64,000 bases of DNA from an uncultured virus (IMG/VR IMGVR_UViG_3300025896_000025) (Duplodnaviria > Heunggongvirae > Uroviricota > Caudoviricetes), in the IMG/VR virus record IMGVR_UViG_3300025896_000025; one strand, given 5' to 3'. Shown here piece after piece: positions 58,765 to 64,000 of the stretch. The notes under the pieces are model-generated. The model saw only the letters and a program-made list of their open reading frames with translations, was not told the DNA's origin and did no database searches. The translations under genes were made by a program, and so were the position numbers. Position 1 is the stretch's first letter; each line of letters starts with the position of its first letter.

Positions 58765-58981
58765 CGCTTCCCACCCCGAGTTACTCTGCAAGTAATCTTC
58801 GGTTTCGTACCACTGAGAACCGCAGCAGATCCAACTGCAATACACCCAATGAGAAAGATACTAGCAGCTAGAGCCAAGCCCACCAGAACGGAAGCGTGAC
58901 CAGCCACCAGCTCCAATCAATGTAACCTGTAAGTTTGAGGCCAACAAACAGAACCCCAAGAAGCCCTATCACCACGTTCAT
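58761..58981 (-). CDS. Small membrane protein (LKLTGxIxWSWW family), apparent 1-nt frameshift
   Basis: Stops at 37 aa as written; the -1 frame continues hydrophobic (VGLALAASIFLIG) to a TGA overlapping the next ATG. Confidence 0.55.
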
Positions 58982-59580
58982 TTAACTCGTCCCTTATACG
59001 TCCTGAGTTCAGTCTGCAACTGGTCGACACTGCCCTTAACGAGCTCACCCTTATCATCGAGCTCGAAGCGGAACACAGTAACCTCCTTGCCTTCAGCGTC
59101 CATCTTGACCTCACTCATCAGGATCTTCTTCATCGTTCCGTTGGTCTCGTTCTTGACACTGACGAAGACCTTGACAGGAACAATCGCTACACCCGCGCGA
59201 TTTCGGTAGAAGTGCAGGTTGACGATATACCTTCCGGCATAGACCCCGCGTGAGTAGGCGTTCTCGTAGTTCAGACCACTAAGATCGAGCATGTTCCCGA
59301 GGTCATCGCGGAGGAGATTGAAGATGGCACCTCCCTTGTTCGAGTAGCCTACCGGCACATCACCCGGTGCTTGGACCCAGAGATCAATGTCCGCGTCCAT
59401 GGAAGGCGGCCAGATGACCTCGACGGACACAACACCGGGTGGCGAGCTTGTGTCATCCTTCTCTGCCTTGGCTTTGGGGTTGACCAACGGGAGAGTGAAG
59501 AAGGCAATCATGATAGCAGTTACCATCATGAGGAACAGCATATCAGCAAAGATGATGGCGTTCCGTCTGGAGCTAAACAT
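58978..59580 (-). CDS. ExbD/MotB-like TM anchor plus YfaP-like periplasmic domain
   Basis: FADMLFL... TM helix with Asp; W...DIDLWV...D..G...EN...GRYIVNLHFY. Confidence 0.65.
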   Translation of the reverse strand: MFSSRRNAIIFADMLFLMMVTAIMIAFFTLPLVNPKAKAEKDDTSSPPGVVSVEVIWPPSMDADIDLWVQAPGDVPVGYSNKGGAIFNLLRDDLGNMLDLSGLNYENAYSRGVYAGRYIVNLHFYRNRAGVAIVPVKVFVSVKNETNGTMKKILMSEVKMDAEGKEVTVFRFELDDKGELVKGSVDQLQTELRTYKGRVK

Positions 59581-59758
59581 CTCGATGGACCTCTACACAT
59601 TGATGATAGCCCAGCCAATTAATGATCCAAAACATGGTCGGGTTCACCAGCAAGTCCGTCAATACGAAGTGGCCTGTAGCTAGGTAGCCGATGCCATAAA
59701 CGACGACCCCTATGCCCCACCACCAAATTAGTTCGCGCAACCAAGGAAACGGCTTCAT
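59573..59758 (-). CDS. Small membrane protein
   Basis: 61 aa, hydrophobic; overlaps both neighbours. Confidence 0.55.
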   Translation of the reverse strand: MKPFPWLRELIWWWGIGVVVYGIGYLATGHFVLTDLLVNPTMFWIINWLGYHQCVEVHRDV

Positions 59759-60294
59759 GCTGCCACCTCTGAGTTACGGATGTCGAAGGCACGAGAGTTC
59801 AAGATGTAGAGATCAGCAGCGAGCCACAGAGCCAGGGAGGCACCAACCATGGACTTACCGAAGCTTGCAATCGTCTCCTTCAGGAACTCTGCCATTGCGG
59901 GTGTAGCTGAAGCCGCATCGTTCAGAAGGCTCGGATCCAGATGGGAGGCTGCGATGATGATACCCACGAAGGTTCCGATCATCCCGAGCATGGCAACCTC
60001 GGTGGACAGCCAATAGGGGAGGGACATCATGTGGTCGAAACGCTCCTTCAGCAGCGTGTTCTTATCCACACCGTGGTGGACAGCCAGGGGGATAGCCTCC
60101 CAGCGGGACAGCCTCCATGATTTGATCCAACAGTCGATGAGACCTACTAGAAACAGGGCGACGATTCCATAGACGACGTAAGTGTTATCGTCCCTGAACA
60201 GTGGAATCAACCACCCAGCCCAGTAAGCGGCGAAGAGGAACCCGAACCCCGCGATGTTGAGCAGGGAGGTGTAGGCGAAGCAGAGACTACGCAT
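59755..60294 (-). CDS. MotA/TolQ/ExbB proton-channel family protein
   Basis: Four hydrophobic segments; MLGMIGTFVGIIIA signature. Confidence 0.75.
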   Translation of the reverse strand: MRSLCFAYTSLLNIAGFGFLFAAYWAGWLIPLFRDDNTYVVYGIVALFLVGLIDCWIKSWRLSRWEAIPLAVHHGVDKNTLLKERFDHMMSLPYWLSTEVAMLGMIGTFVGIIIAASHLDPSLLNDAASATPAMAEFLKETIASFGKSMVGASLALWLAADLYILNSRAFDIRNSEVAA

Positions 60295-60940
60295 CTTTCG
60301 TTACCTTGCTAAGGGTTGACTTAACATAAAAGACAAGCTTTATCTGATAGAGGGCATCGAACAGGGCGTTGTGCGCCGTTCCTTCCATTGGACACTCTCT
60401 ATACACTGAGTTAACGTCCATATTGCCCCGAGCGCCTTTGATGAAACTCATCAGGTCGGTGGCATGTCTGTGGGAGAATGGTGATGGTATGCTGTAGTCA
60501 TGTAGGTAGCTCTCGATGAACGCACTGTCGAAGCTAATGGGCTTAGCCCAGAATCTCAGGGGTTCGCTGTGCCCATAACCAACCCAGTCAGCGAAGTCCT
60601 GCATCACGGTACGAGGATCTTCCGCCCTACGCATGATGTCTTCATAGACGTCTTTACGCTTAGACCACCAAACCCTCGTTTCTGGATCCCAGTATCGATG
60701 GGGTGGCATGTGCATGGATCGGTTAAAGAAACCTCCGTCTACAGTCTCGTTCTCATAGTTGAACTTGACCGCACCGATTTGAATAATGGCACATCGATCT
60801 GGACGTAGACCTGTGGTCTCAATGTCAATTTGGATATCAGGAAACTCTACCACTGGAACTGACCCATTTCTGTCCAAGACAACGAGTTCATTCCCGCGTC
60901 TTTTGTTAATACACAGTATGAGAAGGGAACCTTGTACCAA
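60287..60940 (-). CDS. DEDDh 3'-5' exonuclease (true start probably near 60850)
   Basis: IDIETTG...IIQIGAV...FD...HNALFDA. Confidence 0.85.
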   Translation of the reverse strand: MVQGSLLILCINKRRGNELVVLDRNGSVPVVEFPDIQIDIETTGLRPDRCAIIQIGAVKFNYENETVDGGFFNRSMHMPPHRYWDPETRVWWSKRKDVYEDIMRRAEDPRTVMQDFADWVGYGHSEPLRFWAKPISFDSAFIESYLHDYSIPSPFSHRHATDLMSFIKGARGNMDVNSVYRECPMEGTAHNALFDALYQIKLVFYVKSTLSKVTKDA

Positions 60941-61266
60941 GTATCGCTCAGCAGATTATGCACGTAGATCATGTAGGTACCAAGGGCAGCCGTGATCTTA
61001 ACGGCGGCTGCCCATTGGTCCTTGCTCAACATGCTAAATCGGAAAGCGCGTGGGTCCTGGGTGGACTTCACCTCGGCGAATTGAACCGCTCCGTTGTGGA
61101 CAACCAGGAAGTCGGAAGGGAGGGGCGGAAGCTTGAACCTTTTGCCCCCATTTATCCCGAACAGGTCGCTCATATCGCGGAACCTGTAGACGTAACACCG
61201 CTTACCAAGCTTTCGGTATCGAGTTACGAACGCTGCTTCACTGGCTTTACCGGAGTTCCTGCTCAT
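60847..61266 (-). CDS. PD-(D/E)xK Holliday junction resolvase-like protein
   Basis: GKASE...PSDF...FAEVKST. Confidence 0.7.
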   Translation of the reverse strand: MSRNSGKASEAAFVTRYRKLGKRCYVYRFRDMSDLFGINGGKRFKLPPLPSDFLVVHNGAVQFAEVKSTQDPRAFRFSMLSKDQWAAAVKITAALGTYMIYVHNLLSDTWYKVPFSYCVLTKDAGMNSLSWTEMGQFQW

Positions 61267-61289
61267 ACAAGGAAGATAGTGGTAGATAG

Positions 61290-61320
61290 AAGTTTAGGAA
61301 GGGTTTGTTATAGTATCAAG
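61290..61320 (-). promoter_or_regulatory. Sigma70-like promoter
   Basis: Minus strand TTGATA-17 bp-TAAACT upstream of the resolvase gene. Confidence 0.5.
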
Positions 61321-61528
61321 AAACAACTTTAAATTCTTTTCTGGTCTCAGCTATCTGCCTCTGTCGATAGGCTACTGCATCGTCGAGCTCGTCGTCCGAG
61401 TAGTCGTCCAGACTACCCTCATCATCGTCGCTCAACTCCTTCACCATCGCTTCCAGATCCACCGTCTCGATACCAGGAGTGTTCATCAGACGGAGGAGCT
61501 GCTTCAGTTCGTGGATCGAAAGTTCCAT
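61316..61528 (-). CDS. Small acidic protein
   Basis: ORF track. Confidence 0.6.
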   Translation of the reverse strand: MELSIHELKQLLRLMNTPGIETVDLEAMVKELSDDDEGSLDDYSDDELDDAVAYRQRQIAETRKEFKVVS

Positions 61529-61604
61529 GGATAGAGATCTCTCTTGCTGTGGATTCCTGAGCCAAGATTTAGCAGTTTCTGTTGTTCTGTCGAGAGTTCG
61601 TTAT

Positions 61605-61856
61605 CTAATCAGGAATGCGATATTCGAACAAATTATCTTTCTGGTTCAAGGTTTCTAGAGCCTGGGCACGAGCTTTCTCGGTGTTGTACCGAGTCCAGTA
61701 GGTTCTCCATCGATGAAAGAACCCGGTGACACGAATCTTACTATCTCGAAGCCGTAGTCGATACTCAAGTACAAACTTCTTCGTTCCCTTGGAATGTCGG
61801 GGGGGTTTGGGCCATTCATCCGTTTCAAGTGGTGGTTTCAAGCGGCTCGCTTCCAC
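61605..61856 (-). CDS. Small basic protein
   Basis: ORF track. Confidence 0.5.
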   Translation of the reverse strand: MEASRLKPPLETDEWPKPPRHSKGTKKFVLEYRLRLRDSKIRVTGFFHRWRTYWTRYNTEKARAQALETLNQKDNLFEYRIPD

Positions 61857-64000
61857 TCTTCTCTTCCCTGCATGAGGTAATCAACCACATCCTGGACCCC
61901 AGCATCGGTCAACCGTCCGGTCTCACGAACCCCAGGGAGTTCTGGGCACTCATAGAGCTCGATCTGCCCAAATGGTGCCTTGGTTCGGTGCCATGGCTCG
62001 AAGCTCAGTCCGATCGAGGGGCTTGCATCGAGCTTCATGACCTTGAAGATGTCTGGGTGGGAGCACATGATCTGATGAACCTCCTTTACGACCTGAGGTA
62101 CTAGGCTATGGTGAGCACTGTATATAAGCTCATCATGGTTTGGGAGCATGAACCTAACATCACGCTTACTCCAACCTAGTGCCTTAAACCTATCCTCAAC
62201 CCGAAGAATGGACCGCTTGGCGATCGTACTGCACGTACCCTGCACTAGAGAATTGACCGCCTGATTCTTAGCCCGACGCTGGATCTTATTGGCGATCTCG
62301 TTCCAGAATGCTTGAACACCCTGGTTGTTGAAGTGAGCCATCTTAGCGTTCCACAAACGGCGCCATTCGTGTGTGGCTTCAAACCGTGTGCGTCGGTGAC
62401 CATCAGGGAGTTGCACATACCCATCAGTCATACACTTGTTGATAACATCATCGCGCCACTGCTTTGCTACTTGGAATTTCTCCCAAAACAGCTCAGTGGC
62501 AGCCCACATCTGCTCAGTGGTCCATCCTAGGCGTTGCCCTACGGTTGATAGAGCACCACTATAATACGCATTAAAGTTGGCCCCCTTGCCAATTTCTGTG
62601 CGCCAGTAGGAGTACGCTTTCCCTGGCTGCATCATCTCCCCTTTGATATTTAGGAGGATGCCAGGGTTGATGAGGTCACAAGCTTCTTCCTCACACATCG
62701 AGGGTAGACGCTTGAACAGATCCAAGGTGATATCTGGAAACTTCACCTTCAGAACACTGGCAGCAGCACCAGCGTGTAGGTCCTTGTGAGGTAGCTGACC
62801 AAAAGCTTCGACGAAGCTGGGGTCCTGGGAGAACTCTCCAATCTCCACCAGCTCGATACCGGACCAATCTAAAGAGACAACGATGTGATCATCGTAATCA
62901 CCCTGATAGAAGCCACGGACATAAGTTCCATCGCCACGTTTACTGAGCTGATTCCCGTTGGGTGCTGACATAGCCATGCGGCGGGAAGCCAGTTTGGATG
63001 TCAGGACCGGATACATTCTCAGGCTCTCAGGATCTGTAAGCTGTTCATAGGGCGTGAGGAACAGCTTCATCCTGGTATCGATGCTTGCCATCTCGGTAAG
63101 CGCGGACACGATCTTGAGGGCTGCGGGATTCGTCAGTTCCTCACGGATCTTACCACGGGCCTCACCATCAGAGCTTGTCTTACCATCCGAGATGATGAGC
63201 TTAGCTCCGATCAGATCGTAAAGGAGCACGCGCTGCGGCATATAGTGCGAGAAGTTCGGTCCATCAGGCTGCTTGACCGACCGTTCGGTGGCCCAGGCAT
63301 TAGGGACAGCACCCCTAGCTCGCAGCGCCTCAGTGAAATCGTCCGAGGAACTGTCCAGAAGCGCCCAGCTTTCGATAGAGGACCGATAACCCTTCGAGTT
63401 TTTTGCATACCAAGCGTCGCGCTCAGCAAGAGATTTGTTCGGGATAGTGGGAAAGGGTAGAAGCCCTCGAATGCCTTCACGTAGCGTCCTCAACGCAGCG
63501 GCATAGTTTGACCGCTCTTCATCTCGCTTGCTCTTGATCTCCTTGAGATTGACAGACAGACCCTCCTTCCACACATTAGCGTAGATGGGCACCATACGGT
63601 TCTCGGTATCGATGAAGGTCTGGACCAAACCAGGGTTCACCTTCATCATCTTATCGAGCGCTGCATGAAAGACCTTCACACACCAGAAAGCGTCGTCACA
63701 TCCGTACCCAACTACCTCATCACCGGTTAGTTGACGCATACCAGAGCGCTTACCCAGCACCTCTTAATACGTGACCATTGAATAGTTGAAGAGTGACTTA
63801 ACACATTTCTTGAGAGCATATCCGATGCAGATATCACGGACATAGCCATTATAGGAAAACTTCGCCTCAGACTCCTTTGCCGTGATCTTGTTCATCAACT
63901 CTATTTGAGCGACTGTCAGACTATCACGGTTACCATCATATGTACTCGCAAGACGAAATAACTCAGGTAGGAGTGCACCAATGCCACCCAAACCAGCAGC
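61838..64000 (-). CDS. Family A DNA polymerase, 5' part outside the window, with an in-frame TAA at 63764-63766
   Basis: YGCDD (ExoIII), LDWSGIEL (motif A), R...KGANF...Y (motif B), VQG, NHDEL (motif C); the two track ORFs are in the same frame. Confidence 0.9.

Noticed and set aside
58978..60294. Complete Zorya defence system
   Set aside because: No long ZorA tail, no OmpA-like domain and no ZorC/D/E-like genes.
63764..63766. Genome-wide stop-codon reassignment
   Set aside because: TAA, TAG and TGA all end well-defined genes, and no suppressor anticodon is present among the tRNAs.
1..64000. Prophage, DGR or retron
   Set aside because: No integrase, host genes or reverse transcriptase recognised.

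Overview
This window is most of a tailed dsDNA phage genome with a lambda-like long non-contractile tail, probably lytic; no integrase, CRISPR array or rRNA was seen. Layout: (1) 1-15.7 kb, minus strand: a truncated M20/M28-type peptidase gene, many small early-type genes, an origin-like non-coding region (71-bp imperfect inverted repeat around a 7x AAGAAAG tract), endonucleases and a primase-helicase. (2) 15.8-44.2 kb, plus strand: GpA-type terminase, portal, protease/scaffold, capsid, neck, major tail, -1 frameshifted tail chaperone, tape measure, M/L/K/I/J-like tail tip, endolysin, a tailspike-like gene and spanins. (3) 44.2-64 kb, minus strand: five tRNAs, class II RNR with a 390-aa LAGLIDADG intein, MazG-like, DUF5664-like and HD hydrolases, ThyX, Rad50/Mre11-like recombination genes, an exonuclease, a resolvase and a family A DNA polymerase that runs off the window end. 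The best candidates for undescribed biology are a phage-encoded ExbB/MotA-like plus ExbD/MotB-like membrane module (58.1-60.3 kb) and a 6-copy hairpin motif (CTTA-N4/5-TAAG) at or just upstream of early-gene ribosome-binding sites. Five genes are broken by short duplications, a 1-nt loss or an in-frame stop, most likely assembly artefacts. All family assignments come from motif recognition by eye, not from database searches.
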